From Chiloscyllium plagiosum (taxonomy: Eukaryota): a stretch of DNA of 64,000 bases. Positions 37,797 to 49,405 of the stretch are shown here, piece by piece (the stretch's first letter is position 1; each line of letters begins with the position of its first letter). Where the stretch lies: contig NC_057760.1 in assembly GCF_004010195.1 (NCBI RefSeq), forward strand, positions 1,506,963 through 1,570,962. Direction: 5' to 3'. The notes beneath the pieces were generated by a model that was not told the DNA's origin, did not search any database, and worked only from the letters and a program-made list of their open reading frames with translations. A program made the translations under genes and the position numbers.

Positions 37797-37949
37797 TACC
37801 ATTCTCCTGCTGGCAAAAAATGCTAAGAAGGATCGGCCAGGCTTGAGGTGCTACCATTGTGCTGTCCCTCTTGCTTGAGGGACTTTGATGACGAGGTCCC
37901 CAGTTAGTCGAGGCTGGCTGTGCACAAAGAGCAACGGTGGATATATAAT

Positions 37950-38420
37950 CTGAGAATCCCGCCAGTGCGGGAAAGAGGCCCTTTGGCCCTTCAAGTCTGC
38001 ACCTACCCTCCGAAGAACATCTCAGGCAGACACAGTGCCAGTCCCCCAACCTATCTCCGTAACCCTGCATTTCCCATGGCTAATCCACCTAGCCCGCACA
38101 TCCCCTGGACACTATGGGACAATTTAGCATGGTCCATCTGTCTATCCTGCATGTCCCGGGACACTGAGACAATTTACCATGGTTAATCCACCTAAACTAC
38201 ACATCCCTGCACACTACAGGGGAATTTAGCATGGGCAGTCCACCCTAACCTGCACATCTTTGGACTGTGGAAGGAAACCAGAGCATCCGAAGGAAACCTA
38301 TGCCGATATTGGGAAAACCTGTAAACTCCGTACAGGCAGTTGCTCAAGGCTAGGAAGTGATCCTGGCTCTCTAGTGCTGTGAGGCAGCAGTGCTAACCAC
38401 TGAGCCACTGTGCCGCCCCA
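37950..38420 (-). mobile_element. HE1-like SINE with internal ~52-bp tandem expansion
   Basis: CATGG..AATCCACCTA..C.CACATCCCTG.ACACTA..G..AATTTAG repeated 3-4 times at 38075-38260. Confidence 0.85.
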
Positions 38421-39649
38421 ATGCATTTGCGTTTCCATTTCCCATGGACACTGGCTGAATTCCTCACAGTCCTTCACAACCAGTGGAGACCTTTTACAGT
38501 GGCAGTAGCCTCTTAATGCAGGAAAATGGGGAGCCAGTTTGTGCACAGCACGCTCCTGCAAGCAGCAATATATGATCCATCACTGTGATGTGGCATGTGA
38601 ATATCGGACCCAGGCCGCTGATGATGGGACAGAGGCTCCTCTGGCAATGCAGCACTCCCACAGTGCTGGCGCTCGGGGGTTGTTCTTGATGCTTGGTTCT
38701 CTAGAGTCAGGACTCAAACCCAGAATCTTGTGCCGCAGAAATGTGCAATACTGCTCATGGCCAAGAACCATGGGATTACAGCATGGCTGGGGAATCCGGT
38801 ATGCCTGATTCACTCTCCCAGTCGAGCTGAATTCTGTTACTGGCTAATTCCAGCACTAAGGCTCAAACTTTCAACTTAACTGGTGTTCCTGGTCAGTGAC
38901 TGGGAGCAGGGTATCTGGTAGTACCACGATTGATCTCAGCACCTTCTTTAACCTCCAATGCGCCTACAGCAGCCTTCATCTCCTGTCCCACTTTGTCTTT
39001 GCAGCTTCCTGTTTTGCTGAGAGTCTCAGTCTCACCAAGCCGGCACAACAGGGAGATGGTTTGATTAATTTGCGTTTCCGACCCTCCATTTGCTAAGCAG
39101 CCACCCCTTTTGCAATCTGACAGTCCCAAATGAACATTCTGTTCTTCCATGGGATGTGGGCAGCGCTGGCAAGGCCATTTGCTGACCATCTTGAAGGTGA
39201 TGGTGATCTGCTTTCTTGAGCTCCTTTGGCCCAGGCGTTGTCAGTAAGCCCCTGGGACTGGTGGCCCCCTCTGGTTGTCCTCCAATTTAGACCTTTGGCA
39301 TGACGGAATAGCTCAATCGGGCCACTTCAGAGGAGTCAATAATGTCGTTTATGGGCCTGGAGTCAGACCCCATGAGGACGGCATATTTCATTCCCCATTA
39401 GTGAACCCAGCGGGCTTTTACGACAATCTGATGGTTGTCATGGTCACCGTCACCAAGACTAATTTCCAATTCCAGATTTTATTCATCGAATTTAACTTCC
39501 ACCAGGGGACGGTGACAGGGTTTGAACCCACGTCCTTTAGAGCATTAGCCTGGGATTCCTAATTACTAGGCCAGTAGCATTACCACAACACCACTCTTTA
39601 TCCACAATATCCCCTGCTCCTTTCCTCCAGGGCAGGGGAGTTTTGCACA

Positions 39650-41440
39650 TTCATGCCAGGGAACGATAGACCAGTGAGCCTGATGTCGGTGGTGGGACAG
39701 TTGTTCGAGGGAATTCTGAGGATGTACATGTATTTGGATGTACATGTATTTGGAAAGGCAGGGACTGATTAGGGCTAGTCAACATGGCTTTGTGTGTGGG
39801 AAATCATGTCTCTCAAACTTAATTTGAGTTTTTTGAAGAAGTAACAAAGAGGATTGATGAGGGCAGAGCAGTAGATGTGATCTATATGGACTTCAGTAAG
39901 GTATTCGACAAGGTTCCCCATCGGAGACTGGTGAGCAAGGTTAGATCTCATGGAATACAGGCAGAACTAGCCATTTGGATACAGAACTGGCTCAAAGGTA
40001 GAATAAAGAGGATGGTGGTGGAGGGTTGTTTTACTGACTGGAGGCCTGTGACCAGCGGAGTGCCACAAGGATCGGTGCTGGATCTACTTTTCGTCATTTA
40101 TATAAATGATTTGGATATGAGCATAAGAGGCATAGTTAGTGAGTTTGCAGATGACACCAAACTTGGAGGTGTAGTGGACAGTAAAGAAGGTTACCTCAGA
40201 TTACAACAGGATCTGGACCAGATGGGCCAATGGGCTGAGAAGTGGCAGATGGAGTTTAATTCAGATAAATGCGAGCTGCTGCATTTTGGAAAAGCAAATC
40301 AGGGCAGGATTTATACACTTAATGGTAAGGTCCTAGGGAGTGTTGCTNNNNNNNNNNNNNNNNNNNNNNNNNNNNNNNNNNNNNNNNNNNNNNNNNNNNN
40401 NNNNNNNNNNNNNNNNNNNNNNNNNNNNNNNNNNNNNNNNNNNNNNNNNNNNNNNNNNNNNNNNNNNNNNNNNNNNNNNNNNNNNNNNNNNNNNNNNNNN
40501 NNNNNNNNNNNNNNNNNNNNNNNNNNNNNNNNNNNNNNNNNNNNNNNNNNNNNNNNNNNNNNNNNNNNNNNNNNNNNNNNNNNNNNNNNNNNNNNNNNNN
40601 NNNNNNNNNNNNNNNNNNNNNNNNNNNNNNNNNNNNNNNNNNNNNNNNNNNNNNNNNNNNNNNNNNNNNNNNNNNNNNNNNNNNNNNNNNNNNNNNNNNN
40701 NNNNNNNNNNNNNNNNNNNNNNNNNNNNNNNNNNNNNNNNNNNNNNNNNNNNNNNNNNNNNNNNNNNNNNNNNNNNNNNNNNNNNNNNNNNNNNNNNNNN
40801 NNNNNNNNNNNNNNNNNNNNNNNNNNNNNNNNNNNNNNNNNNNNNNNNNNNNNNNNNNNNNNNNNNNNNNNNNNNNNNNNNNNNNNNNNNNNNNNNNNNN
40901 NNNNNNNNNNNNNNNNNNNNNNNNNNNNNNNNNNNNNNNNNNNNNNNNNNNNNNNNNNNNNNNNNNNNNNNNNNNNTTGCCAGGATTGGAGGGTTTGAGC
41001 TACAGGGAGAGGCTGAACAGGCTGGGGCTGTTTTCCCTGGAGCGTCGGAGGCTGAGGGGTGACCTTCTAGAGGTTTATAAAATCATGAGGGGCATGGATA
41101 GGGTAAATAGACAAAGTCCTTTTCCTGGGTTGGGGGAGTCCAGAACTAGTGGGGGCATAGGTTTAGAGTGAGAGAGGAAAGATAGGAAAGAGACCTAAGG
41201 GGCAACTTTTTCACACGGAGGGTGGTACGTGTATGGAATGAACTGCCAGAGGATGTGGTGGAGGCTGGTGCAATGACAGCATTTAAAAGGCATCTCAATA
41301 GGTATATGAATAGGAAGGGTTTGGAGGGATATGGGCCGGGTGCTGGCAGGTGGGACTAGAGTGGGTTGGGATATCTGCTCGGCGTGGACGGGTTGGACCG
41401 AAGGGTTTGTTTCTGTGCTGTACGTCTCTATGACTCTATG
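39650..41440 (+). mobile_element. Young CR1/HER1-like LINE, 5'-truncated (RT domain to 3' end; gap inside)
   Basis: YMDFSKVFDKVPH...SGVPQGSVL...YINDLD...FADDTK RT motifs; intact tail ending TCTATGACTCTATG. Confidence 0.95.
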
Positions 41441-41829
41441 TAGTCTCTTCTTTCTTGGCATGTGCTGCTGTTCACTGATGACAGGGTCCGGATGCTTGAT
41501 TGTGCTCTGTTCCGTTGTGTTGGTGAAACAGACCCAGAGGCCCAGGAGCTCCGGATAGGGACTCAAAACTAATTAGTGGACGTGACATTGAGGTTCCAGC
41601 TGTGTATTTTATTTCTCCAATATTCTCTCCCCGCCTCTTCCTCTTACACCGTGAATCAAGAAGCACAAATCAGGATCTTGATCAGTTCAGAGAGCGGGAG
41701 AGGAAATGGATCTGGGAAAGAATAAATCCTCAAAGGGCCACTCTTGCAACATTTAAAGTTTATTTTTGTACTGTAGACCTCGCAATGGTTTAAAGTTCAG
41801 ATCAAGCCAAGTCGCTTTTATAATGCCTT

Positions 41830-42870
41830 CTCCTGGGACTGTTTGGCAATAGTTTCGGTCCCCTTATCTGAGGAAGGTATACCAGCATTGGAGGTAGTCC
41901 AGAGAAGGTTTAGTCATTGAGTCGTACAGAACAGAAACAGATCTTTGGCCCCAACTTGTTCATGCTGATCAAATTTCCCAAAGTAAATCCAGTCCTGCTT
42001 GGCCCATATCCCTCTAAATCTTTCCTATCCACGTACCTGTCCAAACATCTTTTAAATGTTGCAACTGTACCTGAATTTACCATTTCCTCTGGCAGTTAAT
42101 TCCATACACTCACCACCCTCTGCATGAAAAGGTTGCCCCCTGAACTCCCTTTTTAAATCTTTCTCCTCTCACCTTATAAATATGCTCTCTAGTCTTGAAA
42201 TCCCCTATCCTCCGGAAAAGATCTTTGCTCTGCAATTGATCTGTGCCCCTCATGATTTCACAAACCTCCGTAAGGTCACCCTGCAACCTCATACGCTCCA
42301 ATGACAAATATCCCACCCTATCCAGCCTCTCCTTATAACTCAAACCCTCCGTTCCTGGCAACATCCTGATAAGTCTTTTCTGAACCCTCTCCAGTTTAAA
42401 AATATTCTTCCGATAGGAGATCAGAACTGTACATAATATTCCAAAAATGGCCTCACCAGCATGTACAACCACAAATGATGTCTCAACACTTGTACTCAAC
42501 GGTTAAGCTATTGAAACAAGTTGGATCCTTAAGGGAGTTGAAAAGGTAGATGCAGAGCGATTATTTCCCGTGGTGGGAGAGAGGAGGGCATAATCTCAGA
42601 ATAAGGGTCACAAATGTAAGACAGAGATGAGGAATTTCTTCACTCAGGGTGAGGAATGTGTTGGCTCACTACCTGCAGAGGGTTTTCCAAGGCTGGGTTG
42701 TTAAGTATATTCAAGGCTGAGGTTGACAGACTTGAAATCGGGAAAGGAATCCGAGATTACCGCAACAAAACAGGGAAGTTAAGTTGAGGGTGATCACGTC
42801 AGCTATGATCTCATTGAATGACAGAGCAGACTTGATGGGCCGAATGATCTAATTCTGCTCCTACATCTTG
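41830..42870. mobile_element. Old + strand CR1 with a - strand CR1 3' fragment nested at ~41912-42500
   Basis: Minus ORF KLERVQKRLIRMLPGTEGLSYKERL; the flanks continue a + strand CR1 3' end. Confidence 0.8.
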
Positions 42871-43049
42871 TCTTGTTTGATAGATATCCAATTAGATATT
42901 ATTGCCCGTGTAAGCACTTTATTTAATTATGTAGAAGTGGGTCTAGGAGGTAGGAAGTTAGGGCAGAGATCAGCTGCCAGTCAGGCTCTGGTCACTCTCA
43001 TCTCTGCATCAGAGTTACAAAATTTGAGCACCAATTTAAGCTGATATTA

Positions 43050-43290
43050 GGAGGGTCAGCGCCGAGGGAGCGCGGTGCTGTCGGAGGGGCGGCGCCGAGG
43101 GAGGCACGGCGCTGTCGGAGGGTCGGCGCCGAGGGAGCGCGGCGCTGTCGGAGGGTCGGCGCGAGGGAGCGCGGCGCTGTCGGAGGTTCGGCGCCGAGGG
43201 AGGGCCGGCGCTGTCGGAGGGTCGGCGCCGAGGGAGGGCGGGCGCTGTCGGGAGGGCAGCGCTGTCGGAGGGTCGGCGCGTGAGAGGGTG
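43050..43290 (+). repeat. CpG-rich ~33-bp minisatellite inside a Deu-type SINE
   Basis: About 7 copies of GAGGGAGCGCGGCGCTGTCGGAGGGTCGGCGCC. Confidence 0.9.
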
Positions 43291-44054
43291 CTGCACTTTT
43301 GAAGTTGCTGTCTTCCAGATGAGATATTTATTTTCTAAAGCTGTTGAGCAAGATCCCACAGCTGCTGTCGGAAGAAGAGTGGGAGTGTAAGGAGCCTCCT
43401 GGGTTTCCTGGTATCAATGTTTATCTCACAAGCAACATCTCTGAAACAAGTCCTCTGATTATTATCATGTTGCAATCATTCCCACTATAAGAATATGGTC
43501 GTTGAGGGGTGGCAAGTCAGTAGGCAATGCTACAGAAATACAAGTTCCTCCTTGTGTGGAGAGTTTTAGCAGCGTTCTGCCATTTTCCTTTTACTGTCTC
43601 TTCACCCTGCTGCTGTGTCAGAGCTTTCTGTCCCTGGGCACCTCTGCCATTAGTTCCACTTGCCTGAATCTAGTCAGTGCTTTTGCTGATTCCTGCTTAC
43701 ACATAAGGGACCCTGAGCTGCTCCCCAACCGATGGATTGGACACGCCGTCTGTCAGGAAACTCGAGACCCTATTGGGAAGGGGTCAACGGTCCTTGCATG
43801 GGACATGGGCGTTGCTAGCAAGGACCTGTCCCTAGTTGCCCTTTGAACTGAGTATCCTGCTCGGGTCTATTTTAAAGGGAGATTAGGAGTCGACATCAAT
43901 CAGTCAGGGATAGCAATAACTCCCTCACATCCCATTGCAAGAATGAAGCAGAGAATAAGGAAAGGGAGAATGGATCTGATTTGAAGTCGTTCCATGTAAT
44001 GTATGGAAGGATTTTTTTTCTTTATAAAATTTAGACTCAGCTTTTTTCGTTACT

Positions 44055-44552
44055 GGAGTGATACAGCATGGAAACAGATCCATTGGTGCAACCAGTCCAT
44101 GTCGATCACAGTCCCAAATTAAACTAGTCCCACCTGCCTGCACTTGGTCTATGTCCCTCCAAACATTTCTTATTCATGTACTTATCCGAATGTCTTTTTG
44201 AACATTTAACTGTACCCACATCCACCACTTCCTCTGGAAGTTCAATCCACACTCAAGCCACCCTGTGTAAAACAAAAAAATTGTCCTCATGTCTTTTTAA
44301 AGTCTTACTCCTCTCACTTTAAATATATGCCCCCAGTCTTGAAATCCCCCATCCTAGGGGAAAGGCAATTGCCATTCCCCTTATCAATGCCCCTCATGAT
44401 TTTATAAACCTCTATAAGGTCACCCCCTCAACCATCTCCAGTCCAATGGAAAATGTCCCAGCCTGTTCAACCTGTCCTTGTAACTTAAACCTTCCATTCC
44501 TGGCAACATCCTGGTAAATCTCTTCTGAACCCTCTCCAGCTTAATAATATTC
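44055..44552 (-). mobile_element. CR1 LINE 3' end
   Basis: Reverse complement of the CR1 3' region, like 41912-42410 and 63217-63495. Confidence 0.85.
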
Positions 44553-44873
44553 TGTTGTGGCACTGCTGGTGAGGCTGACATTTGTTGCCCGTCACTAGTT
44601 GCTCTCGAGCTGAGCGACTTGAGGCAATTCAGAGGGCATTCAGAGTTATTGTTGCGTGCCTGGAGTCACATGTGGGCCCAGAGCGAATATGGACAGCCGA
44701 TTTCCTTTCCCCAAAAGTGACAATCAATGACGGTTGTCACTGTGACCTTGAAATTACGTAGTTGTGCCTGCACCATCCAGTCCTAGGGCAAAAGTCCATG
44801 TTTGGTACATAAGGAAGAGATTGCATGTGTGCGTGCTGGGGAGGGGACTGGATGAGTGGGGCTTGGCGATTGT

Positions 44874-45015
44874 TATGGTTTGGAGACGCCGGTGTCGGAC
44901 TGGGGTGGACAAAGTTTAAAAATCACCCAACACCAGGTTATAGTCCAACAGGTTTACTTGGAAGCACTAGCTTTCGGAGCGACGCTGCTTCATCAGGTGG
45001 TTGTGATTTTTAACT
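44874..45015 (-). mobile_element. PLE family 'B' short insert with 11-bp TSD and hammerhead motif
   Basis: TSD TTGGCGATTGT at 44863-44873 and 45016-45026; minus-strand CAC-CUGAUGA-A-GCAGC/GUC/GCUCC-GAAA-GCUA-GUG at 44965-44999; short inverted tail at 45001-45017. Confidence 0.85.
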
Positions 45016-45379
45016 TTGGCGATTGTGTGAGCTTGAAGGAAGGGGGCCAGGTTTTGGTGGATGGGCTTGCAGTTGGCATGGCAAGAACTGGAGAAAATTG
45101 GACAGACCATAGAGCCAAGTCAGTGGACGAGCGGTGGTGAAAATCTAATAAACAATACATTCTACCTGGGACCCTGACAATCCAAGGCTTGAGAGCGAAA
45201 GCTTGACTTGTCACTGCCTGCAGCGAATGTTGTCAAACCTGCAACTCCCCTCCACCCACAATCGGCTCAGTCTGTGCTCTATCAGTTTCGACTTCTGCAA
45301 TTATTGTGTCCACAATTTCAGCTACGACTTCCTCATCATTATTGGTATCAAAACCTCTATTAAAAGTTTGGATATAAAT

Positions 45380-45750
45380 AGGTCACTGAGTAGGCGGGGA
45401 GCTGAGTTGTAAGTCGCAACTGCCTGCTATAGCAACCCGACTCTTCCGAATTAAAGAGGAAAGGAATATATCGTTTTAATGTTGGGTTTTTTATGCCAGT
45501 GGGAGAAATGCTGCCCTGGTTACCCGTAGGGAGCCCGCAGAGGGTTAAAAGCACTTCTCTGAGCTTTATGGACGCGACCCTGAGGCGTGGGTGTAGCAGT
45601 CATACTTTCAGAGGTGGGGAACTGGTCTAGTCAAATTACTTAGAGAACTGCCAGGACAGAGTCGAAAGAGAGGGAGGAAAATACGAGTAGATTCCTTGGT
45701 AGATCTGTTGGCATTTGAAGAAGTCCATTCTTCAAGCTTTGAAGAGGAAG
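45380..45750 (+). promoter_or_regulatory. Candidate internal promoter or alternative exon
   Basis: Repeat-free and CpG-enriched; GGCGGGG box, RFX-like CCTGCTATAGCAAC (45423-45436), strong donor AAG|GTAAGA at 45751. Confidence 0.45.
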
Positions 45751-46435
45751 GTAAGAAAAGGTGCCAGTAATTCCGGCCCCTGCAATTGCATGTTTTAAAC
45801 ATGGGGAAGTGGTGAGCCAGCGAGTTCAGTGCTGCCAGCGAGGGAACTTTATATACCAGCTCCTGGATCGAGGCGCTGAAGGGTGTATTTGCAGAGCCAT
45901 TTTGGAAGGTGTGTGTGCGTGTGCGGCACTGCGTCGTACTGTTAACCTGTCTGCAGTGTCGGCAGGTTTGTACTAGCTGAGCCGGAGCAAATGAATGTCG
46001 TAGCGTTTGAAAGGCAAAAAAAAAACTATTCAGCTTGTGTGTTCGGTGTCCGAGACAGGTTTGGAGTCATGACCATTTGCTTCCTTTTGCAAATATAATT
46101 GCCAAGGACAAACTACTGAGCGCTAAAGTGTTCGTTAATAAAACTGTGAAAGGCCGAGCTCTGGACCCTTCACTGGGTGGTTTTGTAACCTTAAAAAAAA
46201 AACAATTGGAATTTGGGTCATTGCCATTTTGACTGTTCTAGATTATAGCTGCTGTGTCTGGGCCATATGAAGTAGGAACCTGCATCACATTACAAATAAA
46301 AATTGCTCTCGGGTAGCAAATTCGTTTTTAAAACATGTGTCCCTCTAATCTCTCAGACCTTGACTTGTAGAGCCTTTAATTGCTGTGTGTGTCTGTACCA
46401 TGTATCTGTGTCTGACTTCTCTGCATGCATGTATG

Positions 46436-46580
46436 TATCTCTCTCTCTCTCTCTCTCTCNNNNNNNNNNNNNNNNNNNNNNNNNNNNNNNNNNNNNNNNN
46501 NNNNNNCACTCTCTCTCTCACACTCTCTCTCCCACACTCTCTCTCTCGCTCTCTGTCTGTCTGTCTGTCTGTCTGTCTTC
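46436..46580. repeat. (CT)n / (CTGT)n microsatellite with gap
   Basis: Directly visible. Confidence 0.95.
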
Positions 46581-46896
46581 TTCCCCCGCCCCCGTCTTTG
46601 TTTGTGCCTCCCAGCTTGTGTTTCTGTATTAATATCTATGCCTATGTACAGGTGTGGTCTCTGTCTCTGGCTACCTGTGTGTTTTTGTGTATGTACACGC
46701 TCACACCTCAGGTCAGAATGAGGGTCTCGGCTATCTTCTCTCTCTCTCTCTCTGGGGAGTTCTCCGGGTCATCTACCTCTGCTTCTGTTGTATACCAGTT
46801 GAGAAAGATTGATTGCTTTGAGTGGTCAGCAACTATTTTTGCCTTGTATCAGGCCATTGACAGAATGGCGGAAGGCAAGCTCAATGGAGCTGATTG

Positions 46897-47218
46897 ATTA
46901 GATTATATTCCCTACAGTATGGAAACAAGCCATTCGGCTCAATAAGTCCACACTGACCCTCCGAAGAGCAACCCACCCAGACCCATTCCCCTACTGACTA
47001 ATGCACCTAACACTATGGGCAATTTAGCATGACCAATTCACCTGACCTGCGTTTCTTTTGGACTGTGGGAGGAAACCTGAGCACCTGGAGGAAACCCACG
47101 CGGACACGGGGGGGAGAATGTGCAAACTCCACACAGACAGTCGCCCGAGGTGGGAATCCTACCCGGGTCTCTGGTGCTGTGAGGCAGCAGTGCTAACCAC
47201 TGAGCCACCGCGCCGCCC
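46897..47218 (-). mobile_element. HE1-like SINE
   Basis: Full reverse copy with TTAGA tail; another degenerate copy at 47993-48275. Confidence 0.9.
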
Positions 47219-47449
47219 TAAAGACATTGTAGTGATGTCATGGAGATTGGTTACAGACATTTATCTTGAGAAATGAAAGTGGGTTTGAGGCCTGTATGAT
47301 GTTTCGTCCAAGAAGTTGGCTTCCTTTAAATGCTGGCTACGCCATCAGTTTGTGTTAAGCGAATGGATGAAATGCATAGCACAAAAGAAATACTAACGCT
47401 TTTAATACACAAAAACAGATTGTTACCTTAAGCAGCAGTGAATTGTAAG

Positions 47450-47850
47450 TATCCTCCTCCCTTTGCGTAAAGAAATGGCACCTCATCCGGGTCCTAAGCA
47501 GCCTGTTTGTTATCTTGTGTTTGGACCCTTGATGTGTCTCATCTCTCCCAGCCAGGAGGAACCATCTTTCTTGCATCTACCCTGTGTCGAGCCCTGTCAG
47601 AATTTTGTCTGCTTCAGTGAAATCACTGATAAACTCTGGAGAATACAGGGCCAATCTCCTTAAACTCTCCTCCAAAACCATGCCGCCATCCCAGGGATTG
47701 AACTGGTGAATTTTAGCTGCATGCCCTCTGTTATGAATATATCCTCCCTTAGGTAAGGCCAAATTGTGCACCATACTACAGGTCCCACTGAGAGCAAATA
47801 CAATTGCGGTAAAACATCCTTACTTGTGTACACAAATCCTCACACGGCAG
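47450..47850 (-). mobile_element. Old CR1 LINE fragment
   Basis: LRRLALYSPEF..DFTEADKILTGLD on the minus strand. Confidence 0.75.
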
Positions 47851-49188
47851 TGATCATGGCTGGGGCTAGGAAGTGTGCCGGTCTGTATAGAATTGGTCAG
47901 TGTTCCCACTCCGTATCGGTGTGGAATGCTTCGAGGTCTGCTTTGCAGCCGCACGCTAAGGAGGAGTTGAGTACTTGGGGCAACTGGGAGTTTATAGAAT
48001 CTCTACAGTGTGAAAACAGGAGATTCAGCCCTTCAAGTCCACGTTGATCCTCCGAAGAGCATCCCACCCAGACCCAAACCTTTATCTTATCCCTGTAACC
48101 CTGCATTCCTGAGGGCTAACCCACCTAACCTACACACCTTTGGACCGTGGGGATGAACCAGAACACCAGGGACATGGGGTGAATGTGCAAACACAAGCAG
48201 TCACCTGAGGCTGGAATCGACCCCCGTGTCCCTGGCGCTGATCAGTGCTAACCACTGAGGTACTGTGCTAACCCAAGTCACACGGTGCAGGCCAAAGACC
48301 AGCAAGAGTATGTCCTTTCATAGGCCAGGACGGCAGGGATGATGTTTGGAGAGGGCAAGAGGAGATCAGCACTGTTCAAAGGTTTATAAAACAATTGAGT
48401 GCCGTGCGCATGTGGAACATTGGCATAAATATGGAGCTCACACTTCACTATGAAGAATAGGCTGATGTCTCTGGTTGACTCTGGGCTTTTCCTTTAAAAC
48501 TCCAAACCTTCCTCTAAGAATTAAAATAATATTTTATTCCCTCCACTGAAATGTAAGGAAGTGTGCCGTCCTTATTTTCATTATCTGTTTGACCAAGCTG
48601 TCTGAGTCAGGGGTGTAAGGAGCTCTGTGCATTCTCAAGTTGGGCATGTTTGTGTGTGAGTGGTTCAGTCACTTGGAAACCATACTGATAGTTTTGAGCT
48701 GAGATGAGTCACGAGGCCTGAAGTTGAGGTTTGGACAGAGTGTTGAGGCATCAGTCGCTGTATGAGAGGCAGTAATTTGCACGTGCCCCATTTTGGTGCA
48801 CTCTTGTTGTTGATGGCATGCTTCTGGACTTGAGTCTGTAACCTAGGCTGGTGTTCCAGCTGGTATTGAGGCGCTGACTGTCAGCTGTATCAGGTATTCA
48901 GGCAAACATCAAAGTGAGACCCTCGCTGCGTCGCCTGTGGACTGCAGCCCACAGTGTGACCTTTGAGATTGGAGAGCGCTGTCAGTGACTGAAAAATTGA
49001 ACGATCCCTCTTCGCATGTGCGATGTCTCGTTGCCCACAATGATGGTTGTATGTGCCTATCTAAGTTGCAGAAAACAAGGGGTTATCTGTAAACTTCATT
49101 TTTGATAAACCCAATACCCTCTCTGACAGTGCAGCACTGATCTTCTGACGGTGCAGCGCTCCCTGAATGCTGACCCTCTGATGCAACT

Positions 49189-49405
49189 CTGACCCTCTGA
49201 TAGCGCGGCCCACCCAGACCGCTGACCCTCTGATAGCGCGGCCCACCCAGACCGCTGACCCTCCGATAGCGCGGCCCTCTCAGACCGCTGACCCTCTGAT
49301 AGCGAGGCCCACCAGACCGCTGACCCTCCGATAGCGCAGCCCTCCCGGACTGCTGACCCTCCGATAGCGCGGCCCACCAGACCACTGACCCTCCGATAGC
49401 GCGAC
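49189..49405 (-). repeat. 33-bp minisatellite inside a Deu-type SINE
   Basis: About 6.5 copies of CTGACCCTC(T/C)GATAGCGCGGCCCACCCAGACCG. Confidence 0.9.

Noticed and set aside
39721..39752. 16-bp tandem duplication GATGTACATGTATTTG
   Set aside because: Ordinary slippage inside a dead CR1.
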